From positions 1 to 33,040 of the forward strand of contig CAZQSP010000001.1 of NCBI GenBank assembly GCA_964596085.1: DNA of 33,040 nt, in the 5' to 3' direction. The DNA comes from an uncultured Oscillospiraceae bacterium (GTDB taxonomy: Bacteria > Bacillota > Clostridia > Peptostreptococcales > Anaerovoracaceae). Positions 1 to 8,947 of the stretch are shown here, piece after piece. The notes under the pieces were generated by a model that saw nothing but the letters and a program-made list of their open reading frames with translations, searched no databases and was not told where the DNA came from. Within the stretch, counting starts at the first letter, position 1. Each line of letters opens with the position of its first letter. A program made the translations under genes and the position numbers.

Positions 1-80
1 TATTTGATAAGGACGGCAAGCTCATAGCACAGACCGCACTCAAGCAGTGCAAATACGCAAACCGCCTCTGGACGAGGTAA
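1..80 (+). CDS. 3' end of a CDS entering from outside the window (product unknown)
   Basis: Frame 3 reads FDKDGKLIAQTALKQCKYANRLWTR then TAA TAG, followed by hairpins and a terminator. Confidence 0.6.
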   Translation, partial: FDKDGKLIAQTALKQCKYANRLWTR

Positions 81-87
81 TAGGGGT

Positions 88-140
88 AATGTGCGGAGCA
101 GAGTCCCAATGAATGTGCGGAGCAGAGCCCCGCACATTCA
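88..140. repeat. 16-bp direct repeat; second copy lies in a hairpin
   Basis: aatgtgcggagcagag at 88-103 and 112-127; tgaatgtgcgg (110-120) pairs with ccgcacattca (130-140). Confidence 0.75.
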
Positions 141-167
141 GAGCATCAAGGGAAGCCCGGAAATGTG

Positions 168-200
168 AAAAATCTCTCTTTTGCAAGGGAGATTTTTTTT
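168..200 (+). terminator. Rho-independent terminator
   Basis: aaaaatctctctt-ttgc-aagggagattttt stem-loop running into a T8 tract. Confidence 0.75.
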
Positions 201-320
201 GTAAAGCCTATTCTCCTTGCAGGGAAGGTTGAGGCCAATGCTTGAGGGCGTAATATGTCTTTTTTTGTCGAAGTCTGCGCTGGGTGACGCTCGTTATTTT
301 GTCTCGCGCGCCGATAATTA

Positions 321-349
321 TTGCAGTATGAGCGTATTTGATATATAAT
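321..349 (+). promoter_or_regulatory. sigmaA-type promoter for the yhaM operon
   Basis: TTGCAG-17bp-TATAAT, ~32 bp upstream of the ATG at 382. Confidence 0.6.
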
Positions 350-381
350 GGATATATATAAATACAGAGGGAACAGGTAGA

Positions 382-1386
382 ATGAAAGAAATATACATAA
401 AGGACTTAAAAAAAGATATGGAAGCTACCGATTTTTTTATGGTAAAGGGAAGCGCCATCAAAATCGGATCAAATGGTAAACAGTATTGGGATTTGACCCT
501 GGGCGACAAATACGGTGAAATCTCGGCAAAAAAGTGGGATGTGGGAGAGCGCGAGCTCGAACTCAGCTCACAGATAAAAGAAAAAGATGTAGTAAAGATA
601 AAGGCTTTAATTACGGAATGGTCAGGACAGCTCCAAATGCGCATACTCCGAATCAGACGGCTTGAACCGACAGACAGTGTGGATATGTCAGATTTTGTCA
701 AGGCTGCACCTGAGGATCCGCAGGATATGTACAATTATATATTGGCGGCCGCCGAGAGCTTTGAGGACAGTGACCTTAAAGCGATATGTGTCAAGCTGCT
801 GACGGAAAACAAGGAAAGACTGCTTTACTATCCTGCCGCACAGAAAAATCATCACGCAGAATTTGCGGGACTTCTTTATCACACGAAGCGTATGCTGATG
901 ACGGGTATGCGTGTGTGCGAGGTCTACACCAACCTCAAGCGTGACCTGGTGTTGGCAGGGGTAATTCTTCACGATATGGAAAAGCTTAACGAAATTGTTG
1001 CCGAGGCAGACGGAATTGCCACGGGCTACTCGTTCGAGGGTCAGCTGCTGGGACACATAATTCAAGGTGTGAAGTCAATCGACAGAATGACACTTGAGCT
1101 TGATTTTCCGAGAGAAAAGGCAATAATGCTGGAGCATATGATACTTTCGCACCACTATGAGCCTGAGTTCGGAAGCCCAAAGAGGCCGCTTTTCCCGGAG
1201 GCAGAGCTGCTGCACTATCTGGACATTTTGGATGCTAGGATGTTTGATATGGAGGCCGCACTGGAGATAACAGCTCCGGGCTGCTTCAGTGAAAAGGTTT
1301 GGACACTGGATAATCGGAAAATATACAAGCCGATGGATGCAATACAGGATAAGCTTGATGATTCTAAGGAGGAAGCAAATGATTAA
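382..1386 (+). CDS. yhaM: 3'-5' exoribonuclease YhaM/Cbf1 family (OB fold + HD domain)
   Basis: N-terminal OB-like segment (LTLGDKYGEISAKKWD), PAAQKNHHA..GLLYH, ILHDMEK HD motif, LLGHI, ILSHH..EFGSP, LHYLD.LDA. Confidence 0.85.
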   Translation: MKEIYIKDLKKDMEATDFFMVKGSAIKIGSNGKQYWDLTLGDKYGEISAKKWDVGERELELSSQIKEKDVVKIKALITEWSGQLQMRILRIRRLEPTDSVDMSDFVKAAPEDPQDMYNYILAAAESFEDSDLKAICVKLLTENKERLLYYPAAQKNHHAEFAGLLYHTKRMLMTGMRVCEVYTNLKRDLVLAGVILHDMEKLNEIVAEADGIATGYSFEGQLLGHIIQGVKSIDRMTLELDFPREKAIMLEHMILSHHYEPEFGSPKRPLFPEAELLHYLDILDARMFDMEAALEITAPGCFSEKVWTLDNRKIYKPMDAIQDKLDDSKEEAND

Positions 1387-2710
1387 AGTACCTAAGGAAG
1401 TCACGAAGGTAATGAAAGCTCTTACGGATGCCGGATTTGATAACTATGCGGTCGGCGAGTGTGTCATTAACTCACTGGTAGGCGAAAAAACCTATGCCTG
1501 GGATATTGTCACACCGGCAGACCTTACGGAATTGAAGCAAGCCTTACCGGAAGCAGGAGTTTTGAGCGAGAAATACAGCGTTTTGCGTATGGAGCTTGTG
1601 GATGAGGTCTGCGACGAAAAAGGAGAGCTGCTCGGCGAGGAGGGCATGATAATAGACATAGCTACATACAGGACACAAAATGCCGGAGTCGCTGTCGAGG
1701 CTGACGAGGGTCTATTCACCGATAAGCTCGAGGCAGATTTGGCTCGTCGCGATTTTACCGTGGATGCAATAGCCGTAAATCCGTATGTATCAGTAAGCTC
1801 CGTTGTCGATCCTTACGGCGGCAGAGAGGATATCAGAAAAAAGCTCGTAAGAACCATCGGCGATGCGGACAAGGCGTTCAAGGAGGAGCCGCTCCGTATG
1901 ATAAAGGCAGTAAGATATGCGGCGCAGTTCGGCTTTGACCTCAGCAAGAGCGTATACGAGGCCATAGTAGCAAATTACAGACTGCTCGAAAACGTCAGGG
2001 CGGAAAAGCTCAGAGACGAGTTTAGTGAAATTATGGGGGCAGTCCATGCCGGCAAGGGTCTGAATATGCTCATGGACACAGGCATAATAAGGGTAATACT
2101 CGGCGAAAAGGAGTACAGTAGGCTCACACACAGAGAAAAGAGCGACCTTATGCAGCTTTGCGAGGGTATCGAAAGGACAAAGCCTATCGCAGAGAGACGT
2201 TTGGGCTTGTTCTATTCACTGATAGGTAAAAAGCGCGCTCTGCCATCCATAGAAAGACTGCACTTTGATGAGGAAACACATCAGCACCTGGTGGATGCGG
2301 TATACGATATGGCAAAGCTGTATTTTACCGCACAGCCGCAGGATCTGAAAAAATTCATCTTTGAAAGAAGCATGGACAGATACGAATATCTGCTGAACAT
2401 AGAAAAAGCACAGCGCTTGGCATTGGGCTACGATTCGGAAACAAAGATAAGAAGCAAGATATATATGCTCGGCGAAATCAAGAAAAACGGCGAGGCGATT
2501 TTTGTCGAGGATTTGGCTGTGGATGCAAATGACCTCATCGAGGCAGGAATATGCACGAGAGAAAATGCAGAAAAAATGCTCGTTATGCTGGCGGAGTCGA
2601 CTCACGTACGACCTAAGCAAAATACACGCGAGGAGCTGCTGAAGCTGGCGAAAAAGTATAAGAGGAATAAGATTTCCGCATGGGGCAGAGGCGTATCGTG
2701 GTTAAGATAG
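1379..2710 (+). CDS. CCA-adding enzyme / poly(A) polymerase-like class II nucleotidyltransferase with degenerate catalytic motif
   Basis: RBS AAGGAGG before ATG 1379 (overlaps yhaM end); DLARRDFT, DPYGGREDI, F.EEPLRM..AVRYAAQFGF, LAVDANDLI; motif A reads VGECVIN...AWD instead of VGGxVRD...DxD. Confidence 0.8.
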   Translation: MIKVPKEVTKVMKALTDAGFDNYAVGECVINSLVGEKTYAWDIVTPADLTELKQALPEAGVLSEKYSVLRMELVDEVCDEKGELLGEEGMIIDIATYRTQNAGVAVEADEGLFTDKLEADLARRDFTVDAIAVNPYVSVSSVVDPYGGREDIRKKLVRTIGDADKAFKEEPLRMIKAVRYAAQFGFDLSKSVYEAIVANYRLLENVRAEKLRDEFSEIMGAVHAGKGLNMLMDTGIIRVILGEKEYSRLTHREKSDLMQLCEGIERTKPIAERRLGLFYSLIGKKRALPSIERLHFDEETHQHLVDAVYDMAKLYFTAQPQDLKKFIFERSMDRYEYLLNIEKAQRLALGYDSETKIRSKIYMLGEIKKNGEAIFVEDLAVDANDLIEAGICTRENAEKMLVMLAESTHVRPKQNTREELLKLAKKYKRNKISAWGRGVSWLR

Positions 2711-4542
2711 GAGAACATATTACAAAAATCAGTCAGGTCACCCCCGAGGTGACCTTGTTTTTACGCTCACTGGGATTTTCCAATTATTATATCATCAGAA
2801 TTTTCGACCTGGTGGGCGAGGCGGCTGTTTCGCTGACAGAGGACAATCCGTACTGGCTGCTCGAGGAGTTTCCGCGGCTGGGCTTTGCAAGGGCAGACGA
2901 GGCTGCCGGCAAGCTGGGAATAGAGTCTGACAACAGACACAGAATCGAAGCCGCCATAATGCTGTGTATGAGAAATTATACAGGCGAGGGTCATTCCTAT
3001 GCGCCGTACAGAGAGCTTTGCGAAAAAGCTGTAGAGCTCCTGGGTGCGGGCGGCGAGCTGATAGAGGACGTGCTGGAGGATATGGTTTTTGACGGAAGGC
3101 TTCAGCTTGCGGATGTGGACGGTCTGCGTACAGTCTACTTCTACGGATATTACAAGGCAGAGTGCAGCGTTGCCGGTAAGCTTGCGCAGCTCGAAAGCCC
3201 CGACGGCGGACTCAAGCCTGTAGGCGGCGATATCGAGGCACTGATTTCAAGAGCCGAACGAGATGCAAATATATCACTTGCAGAGGAGCAGAGGACTGCG
3301 GTGCGCAATGCCCTGATGAACGGGGTTTCCATTATCACGGGAGGTCCCGGCACGGGCAAGACGACGATTATAAAGGCGCTGATCTCTATCGTTGAGGGCA
3401 GCGGGATGAAGGTAGCCGTTGCGGCGCCGACAGGCAGAGCAGCAAAACGGGTAATGGAGGCGAGCGGACATTTTTCCTGTACCGTGCACCGCCTGCTCGA
3501 ATATTACTACAACGAGGAAAGCAGGTTTATGAGCTTCGCCCGTAACAGCGAAAGACCACTGGAGCAGGATGTGATAATAATAGACGAGGCATCAATGCTG
3601 GATCTGATGCTGACCGAGGCTCTTTGCAATGCGATAAAAACAGGGACAAGGCTGATTCTTGTCGGCGACTCCGATCAGCTTCCGTCCGTAGGTGCGGGAA
3701 ATGTACTGGCGGATTTGATTGCAAGCGAGCTGTTTTTCACCGCCAGACTCGAGGAAATTCACCGCCAAAGCGCACAGAGCACTATAGTAATGAATGCACA
3801 CAGAATAAACTCGGGGGAATATCCGAGCTTTGCAGAGGATTTTGAGCTGATACGGGCCGGCAAGCAGCAGGAGCTTCTTGACAAGATAGTTAAGCTTGCG
3901 GAGGGGATGTCTCCGGAAGGTGTGCAGGTTATAACACCCGTAAAAAAAGGGATAATAGGTACGGCGAGCCTAAATGACAGACTCAGAGCCGTGTTCAATC
4001 CTCCGTCGGAGGAGAAGGCTGAGCTGAGCTTCGGAGCCACAATGTTCAGAGTCGGTGACAGGGTAATGCAGACAAAGAATGATTATCAAATCGAATACCG
4101 AAACGGACCGACGGCTGAGCAGCTCGGAGAAATGTACCGCACTCCCGACGGAAAGCCCGACGGCAAGGGTGTGTTTAACGGAGAGATAGGGATAGTGGCG
4201 GCAATAGACGGGGAGATGAGAAGTGTAACGGTCGTTTATGACGGCTTCCGTTGGGTGGAATATCAGTATATTCAGCTTGATGAAATTGAGCCGGCATATG
4301 CCATCACCGTGCATAAAAGCCAGGGCAGCGAGTTTTCGACGGTGATAATGCCGATGAGCTGGTTTCCGCCGCTGCTTGCTACCCGCAGCCTGATTTATAC
4401 TGCAATCACACGTGCCAGGGACAAGGTATATATTGTCGGTAATCCGGCATATATGAACGCTATGGTTGACAACAACAGCAGCGGAAGCAGAAATTCCGGG
4501 CTTGCGGACAGGCTGGCGAGTATGTATAGGGGAATAGGCTGA
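2698..4542 (+). CDS. recD2: ATP-dependent RecD2-like SF1B helicase, short N-terminus
   Basis: Walker A ITGGPGTGKTT, AAPTGRAAKR, TVHRLL, IIDEASM, VGDSDQLPSVGAG, HRQ, FRVGDRVMQTKN, AYAITVHKSQGSEF, YTAITRA; start GTG 2698 or ATG 2680. Confidence 0.9.
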   Translation: MVKIGEHITKISQVTPEVTLFLRSLGFSNYYIIRIFDLVGEAAVSLTEDNPYWLLEEFPRLGFARADEAAGKLGIESDNRHRIEAAIMLCMRNYTGEGHSYAPYRELCEKAVELLGAGGELIEDVLEDMVFDGRLQLADVDGLRTVYFYGYYKAECSVAGKLAQLESPDGGLKPVGGDIEALISRAERDANISLAEEQRTAVRNALMNGVSIITGGPGTGKTTIIKALISIVEGSGMKVAVAAPTGRAAKRVMEASGHFSCTVHRLLEYYYNEESRFMSFARNSERPLEQDVIIIDEASMLDLMLTEALCNAIKTGTRLILVGDSDQLPSVGAGNVLADLIASELFFTARLEEIHRQSAQSTIVMNAHRINSGEYPSFAEDFELIRAGKQQELLDKIVKLAEGMSPEGVQVITPVKKGIIGTASLNDRLRAVFNPPSEEKAELSFGATMFRVGDRVMQTKNDYQIEYRNGPTAEQLGEMYRTPDGKPDGKGVFNGEIGIVAAIDGEMRSVTVVYDGFRWVEYQYIQLDEIEPAYAITVHKSQGSEFSTVIMPMSWFPPLLATRSLIYTAITRARDKVYIVGNPAYMNAMVDNNSSGSRNSGLADRLASMYRGIG

Positions 4543-4562
4543 AAGGAGAGGTCGAGGACTTG

Positions 4563-5402
4563 ATGCAGGATAAGGTGATAAGGACGGATAAGGGAGCCTA
4601 TGCGGAGCTGTACGGGAGACTGCGAAACCTGGCAGACAGTGCGCTTGAGCTGATATATCCTACGGCGACATATTGCATCGTATGCGGCAATTATGTGGAC
4701 AGCACGCGCAGCTACGCAATTTGCGATCATTGCATACGCAGAATCGAGTGGGGAAGGCTGACGCTAGATCCGCGTGAGCCTTCGGAGCTGCTGTACGGGC
4801 AGAGTGATGAGGCTGCGGACGACTTGCCGGATTCCGTGACAGGCTGCTTCCGCTACGGGCTGTACGGCCGCCGCGTTGTATTTGAACTCAAATACAACGG
4901 CCACAGCTATGTGGCACGGGTCGCCGCGCAGATGATGGCAGACCGAGTGCGCAGCGACCCGTCGGCGGCGCAGCTCCTGGACTGCGACATTGTCGCTGCC
5001 GTACCCATAAGCAGGCAAAAGCTGAAAAAGCGTGGCTTTAACCAGGCAGAGAAGCTGGCAAAATACTTTTGCCGACAGACCGGTATGTACCATGCACAAA
5101 ATCTCCTGATGAGGATAAAGGATACGCAGGCATTGCGCAGCCTTTCTCCGCAGGAAAGATATATGAAGCTGGAAAATGCGTTTGCGCTTGACAGTCGCAG
5201 GCTCCCGAGAGGGACGGGCGAAGTGCACTCGGAGAAGCCCCTAAAGGATATGAGTATACTGCTTATAGACGACATATATACAACGGGGGCAACGGCACGG
5301 CATTGCACGAGGCTTTTGAAGAATGCCGGTGCGAGCAGAGTGCATCTGCTGGTTCCGGCAACAAGGGACGGAGCCGCAGAGCAGGGCGAGAAGGAATATT
5401 GA
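4563..5402 (+). CDS. ComF family protein (zinc ribbon + phosphoribosyltransferase fold)
   Basis: CIVC...CDHC, LKY, VP...RGFNQAE, LLIDDIYTTGAT; start approximate (ATG 4563 or TTG 4560). Confidence 0.85.
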   Translation: MQDKVIRTDKGAYAELYGRLRNLADSALELIYPTATYCIVCGNYVDSTRSYAICDHCIRRIEWGRLTLDPREPSELLYGQSDEAADDLPDSVTGCFRYGLYGRRVVFELKYNGHSYVARVAAQMMADRVRSDPSAAQLLDCDIVAAVPISRQKLKKRGFNQAEKLAKYFCRQTGMYHAQNLLMRIKDTQALRSLSPQERYMKLENAFALDSRRLPRGTGEVHSEKPLKDMSILLIDDIYTTGATARHCTRLLKNAGASRVHLLVPATRDGAAEQGEKEY

Positions 5403-5415
5403 TTAGGAGAATATA

Positions 5416-5483
5416 AAAACGAGCCAAGCTCGGCAGTCTGTGAGCAGAAAAGCCCACTGACCGACCGAGCGACGGCTCGTTTT
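5416..5483. terminator. Long imperfect hairpin between convergent genes, probable bidirectional terminator
   Basis: aaaacgagcc (5416-5425) pairs with ggctcgtttt (5474-5483); inner gctcgg/ccgagc. Confidence 0.6.
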
Positions 5484-5544
5484 GCAATTCAATTCATTTT
5501 ACTGTTTATAGGAAGACTTATATTTGTTTGTCCTATCAGCTGTT

Positions 5545-6450
5545 TTATCTATCCTTCAGCTTAACGGTCTTTTCGGGCAGATTTGAGATGATAACCGCTG
5601 CAAAAATCGTGCAGCAGCCGATAATTTCTCTGCCGCTCATAACCTCGTGCAGAAGCAATGCACCAAAGAGTACTCCGAAAACAGACTCCAGACTCAGGAG
5701 CAACGAAGCCGCTGTAGGCTCAGCATCGCGCTGTGCTACGATTTGCAGAGTATATCCGACACCGCCGGAGATGCAGCCTGCATACAAAATAGGAAGTGCA
5801 CAGGTAAGAATATCATCCAAATTCGGCGTTTCAAATATGAACATCGCGATACAGCCGAGAACTCCGGCAGTCAGGAACTGCACGAAGGAGAGCTTGACAC
5901 CGTCATTTTCTACAACAAAATGGTCACATACAAGAATATGTACAGCGTACGCAACGGCACAGAGTATTACAAAGAAATCGCCCTTTGATACACTGCCGAA
6001 GCCGTCCGGCATAGCCAGAAGATACAAGCCTATCACGCCCAAAACAACGCACAGCCACATAATCGGACGAACACGTTTTCTGAGAAAAAGACTGAAAATA
6101 GGGACGATCACGACATAAAGGGTCGTAATGAACGCCGCCTTGCCGGCAGTGGTAAACACGCAGCCGAACTGCTGCAAAATGCAGGCTGTGAACAAGGCGA
6201 GTCCGCAGCACACACCGCCGAACAGAAGCTTTTTGTTTTCCTCCTTACGTTCAGGCGCAAATATTGCACCCTTCCCTCTGTTCATAATCAAGACAACCGG
6301 AATCAAAACGAGTGCGGAAAACATAAGTCTGATGCCCTGGAAGGTTATAGGACCCACGTGTTCCATTCCGCTTACTTGGGATACGAAGGATGCACCCCAG
6401 ACCGCTGCCGTAAGTAAAAGCAGCAAATTTGCTCTAAATTTTTTACTCAT
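5545..6450 (-). CDS. DMT superfamily (EamA/RhaT) transporter
   Basis: About 10 hydrophobic segments, two EamA-like repeats (AAVWGASF...GPITF..IR; ASLLLSLESVFG); start MSKKF at 6450 with RBS GAAAGGA and ATGA overlap with the upstream gene. Confidence 0.85.
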   Translation of the reverse strand: MSKKFRANLLLLLTAAVWGASFVSQVSGMEHVGPITFQGIRLMFSALVLIPVVLIMNRGKGAIFAPERKEENKKLLFGGVCCGLALFTACILQQFGCVFTTAGKAAFITTLYVVIVPIFSLFLRKRVRPIMWLCVVLGVIGLYLLAMPDGFGSVSKGDFFVILCAVAYAVHILVCDHFVVENDGVKLSFVQFLTAGVLGCIAMFIFETPNLDDILTCALPILYAGCISGGVGYTLQIVAQRDAEPTAASLLLSLESVFGVLFGALLLHEVMSGREIIGCCTIFAAVIISNLPEKTVKLKDR

Positions 6451-7631
6451 ATCAATATCCTTTCCATCATTTTGACCTGCCTCAGACGATAAATCCTGAA
6501 AGCAAGACAAAGATTCATATAAAAATTATTGTCCGATTCGTGTTCGCTGCTTGTCAGCTCTCTGATGCGCGCAAGCTTGTAGCGGATGGTGTTGGGGTGA
6601 CAGCCAAAAACCGCGGCGGCACCGGCTATATCACCGCCGGCACGTACAAGCGCGGAGAGCGTATCCAGGTAATCCGGCTTGTCGGCAAGAGGCGCGATGT
6701 ACCTTTCCGTAAAAGCATCAGCCTCGGGAAAGAGCTGTCCGCTCAGAAGGAGCTGATATACACCGATATCATCATAGCTCTCAAAGCTTGTGAGATCTGC
6801 AAGCGAGGCCGCATATGTGCGATAGCTTTCGCGGAAAGCAAGATCAAGCTCATCAAAGGGCTTGTGCAGCCTGCTCTTGCAGCAATAAAGCTCCGTCTCT
6901 ATACCCATATATCCCAAAATACTGTCAAGCAGCACATCAAAGGCCCTTTCGTCCGGCTTTGCGGCTGTCAGTATGATGAATAAGCCGTTTTGGTACTGTG
7001 CCACCATAGCCTTGTCGCCGATATTACGGTTTAGGTAGAAGCTGCGGCAGTAGCGCGGCAGCCGGCTGCGAAACTCCGCACTGTCCTGCGATATGTATAC
7101 AATGCGGCAATATTCCTTGAATGAGAGCGAAAGCGTTTTTGCAATCGTATATATTCTGTTTTTGGGCATCCTGCCCAGTATCATACTGTCTATATTCTCC
7201 GTTGTCAGCAGATTTCTGTCATCCTTTTGGAGGGCATCGGAAACCTCATATATGATGTTTTCGTAATAGACCTCCTTTCCGAATTGGAAAATCGGGAAGC
7301 TGTGCTGCTCGGCAAACTCAAGGACCTCCGCAGGAAGCTCGGGATACAGAATTTTCTTGCAGCCCAGAGCGGAAGCACCGTAGGCTTGGAGCTCCTTTAC
7401 CATCGGGAGTATTTCCTCGGGTCTGTTGCAGCAATACTGATACAGAAAGCTGCAAAGGATAAAGTCACCGGGCGAAAAGGTAGTCAGAAAGCTGTCGATA
7501 TACTCGGGCATTAGCTCATAGTCCAAAATACCCACACCGTTGACCTTGTTCTTGATGCCTTTTTCGCCTGCGACAAGCTGAATGTGTGAAAAGCATTGCA
7601 GCTTGGTCAGATCCTGTACGGTCAGAGCCAT
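6447..7631 (-). CDS. PucR family transcriptional regulator
   Basis: N-terminal LTVQDL...LVAGEKG...V..V.ILD and C-terminal HTH (AAAVFGCHPNTIRYKLARI); RBS GGAGGG before ATG 7631. Confidence 0.85.
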   Translation of the reverse strand: MALTVQDLTKLQCFSHIQLVAGEKGIKNKVNGVGILDYELMPEYIDSFLTTFSPGDFILCSFLYQYCCNRPEEILPMVKELQAYGASALGCKKILYPELPAEVLEFAEQHSFPIFQFGKEVYYENIIYEVSDALQKDDRNLLTTENIDSMILGRMPKNRIYTIAKTLSLSFKEYCRIVYISQDSAEFRSRLPRYCRSFYLNRNIGDKAMVAQYQNGLFIILTAAKPDERAFDVLLDSILGYMGIETELYCCKSRLHKPFDELDLAFRESYRTYAASLADLTSFESYDDIGVYQLLLSGQLFPEADAFTERYIAPLADKPDYLDTLSALVRAGGDIAGAAAVFGCHPNTIRYKLARIRELTSSEHESDNNFYMNLCLAFRIYRLRQVKMMERILI

Positions 7632-7699
7632 ATCGTTCCCTCCGTGATAAATACATTTTAGCACTTTGTTAGCGCTCTGTGTTTGTAAATATTACTAAT

Positions 7700-7728
7700 A
7701 TTATAAAAGAAAGTGTGAAAAATTACAA
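7700..7728 (-). promoter_or_regulatory. sigmaA-type promoter for the PucR-DMT operon
   Basis: Minus strand TTGTAA-17bp-TATAAT. Confidence 0.6.
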
Positions 7729-7759
7729 GAAAAAAAGCGCATCGCAAAATATCGCGGAG

Positions 7760-7788
7760 GAATATTTTGTACCTGACGCGCATAGAAT
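7760..7788 (+). promoter_or_regulatory. sigmaE-type (mother-cell sporulation) promoter of spoIID
   Basis: GAATATT-14bp-CATAGAAT matches the sigmaE consensus (ATA..-14-CATAcaaT); spoIID is a known sigmaE regulon gene. Confidence 0.7.
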
Positions 7789-7822
7789 CAGATATGAACA
7801 AATACAGACAGGAGATAATCAG

Positions 7823-8848
7823 ATGAAGCTTATGATGCAGAGCATTGCAGCTTGCTTGATTTTTTTTATTGCAGTTCCTGCGCTGGCGGTCGGTATATGG
7901 GGAGAATTCGGCTCGGAGCAGGGGGAGGACACAGGGACGGACAAGACGGTAGCGGCAAGGATAAAGCCGCCCTCGGAAATAAAGGTATGGAAGGAAAATG
8001 AGGGCAGGCTTGTATCGGTGGACTTCGAGGAATATGTCACCTGTGTTGCGGCAAGCGAAATGCCCTGCTCCTTCGAGAGCGAGGCATTGAAGGCGCAGTC
8101 GGTGGCGGCAAGAACCTTTGCGATGTCAAAGCTGGAAAAGTACGAGCAAAAAAAGCCTGCCGCACATCCGAATGCGCCTGTGTGCTCCTCCACGCATTGT
8201 CAGGTATACAAGACCGAGGAGGAGCTCATCGCTTGCCACCCCGACGGCTGGGGAACATCCGCTGACGGCTTTAAGAAAATAAAAAACGCCTGCAGGGAAA
8301 CACAGGGTCAGCTTCTGTACTATGACGGACAGCTTGTGATGCAGCCGCTGTTTTTTTCCTCGAGCGGCGGACAGACAGAAAACTCCGAGGATGTTTTTGT
8401 AAGTGCCGTTCCGTATTTGCTGAGCGTCGCAAGCCCCTACGAGGAGGAAGCCACTCACAGAAATGAGCAAAAAAGCTTTACAATCAGCGAGCTCAGCGAA
8501 AAGCTAAGGGCGGCATTTCCCGAGAAAAGCTTCGGCAGCATCGACAGACAGAGCATAAGGATATTGTCGCGCACGGCAGGCGGCAGGGTCGATAGGATAC
8601 AGATAGGCGAAGTAAGCTTGAGGGGCACGGAGCTGAGAAATGCCCTGGGGCTTTCTTCTGCCCTGTTTTCGCTCAGCTTTGAGGAGCACTCGGACAAAAA
8701 CGCTAAGCAGACAAGGGCTGTTTTTACCTCAAACGGTTCGGGACACGGTGTCGGAATGAGCCAATACGGAGCGAACGGAATGGCCAAAAGGGGTGCGGAC
8801 TACCGTCAGATACTGACTCATTACTATTCGGGCACGGAGGTGCTGTGA
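7823..8848 (+). CDS. spoIID: Stage II sporulation protein D (lytic transglycosylase)
   Basis: EEYV..V.ASEMP..F..EALKAQ.VAART, H...VC...HCQVY, FFSSSGGQTE, G.GHGVGMSQYGANGMA, IL.HYY.G; N-terminal TM; RBS AGGAGA before ATG 7823. Confidence 0.9.
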   Translation: MKLMMQSIAACLIFFIAVPALAVGIWGEFGSEQGEDTGTDKTVAARIKPPSEIKVWKENEGRLVSVDFEEYVTCVAASEMPCSFESEALKAQSVAARTFAMSKLEKYEQKKPAAHPNAPVCSSTHCQVYKTEEELIACHPDGWGTSADGFKKIKNACRETQGQLLYYDGQLVMQPLFFSSSGGQTENSEDVFVSAVPYLLSVASPYEEEATHRNEQKSFTISELSEKLRAAFPEKSFGSIDRQSIRILSRTAGGRVDRIQIGEVSLRGTELRNALGLSSALFSLSFEEHSDKNAKQTRAVFTSNGSGHGVGMSQYGANGMAKRGADYRQILTHYYSGTEVL

Positions 8849-8872
8849 TTGAGATTTTTGAGTGATTTTCGC

Positions 8873-8901
8873 TTGCTTTCGGCTTCGGCTCATTGTATTA
8901 T
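8873..8901 (+). promoter_or_regulatory. sigmaA-type promoter for fbp
   Basis: TTGCTT-17bp-TATTAT. Confidence 0.55.
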
Positions 8902-8947
8902 ATTAGCAGCAGAAAAAATCAAGTCATAACACGAGAAAGGAAGCGCA

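Noticed and set aside
266-272. TGTCGAA, a perfect Spo0A box upstream of the yhaM promoter
   Set aside because: A single 7-mer is expected by chance in 33 kb; no second box or other support.
1289-1378. Longer ORF-track start for the CCA-like gene
   Set aside because: Lies inside yhaM; the strong RBS and family-like N-terminus point to ATG 1379.
7679-7822. N-terminal extension of spoIID in the ORF track
   Set aside because: Spans two promoters; RBS and TM segment indicate ATG 7823.
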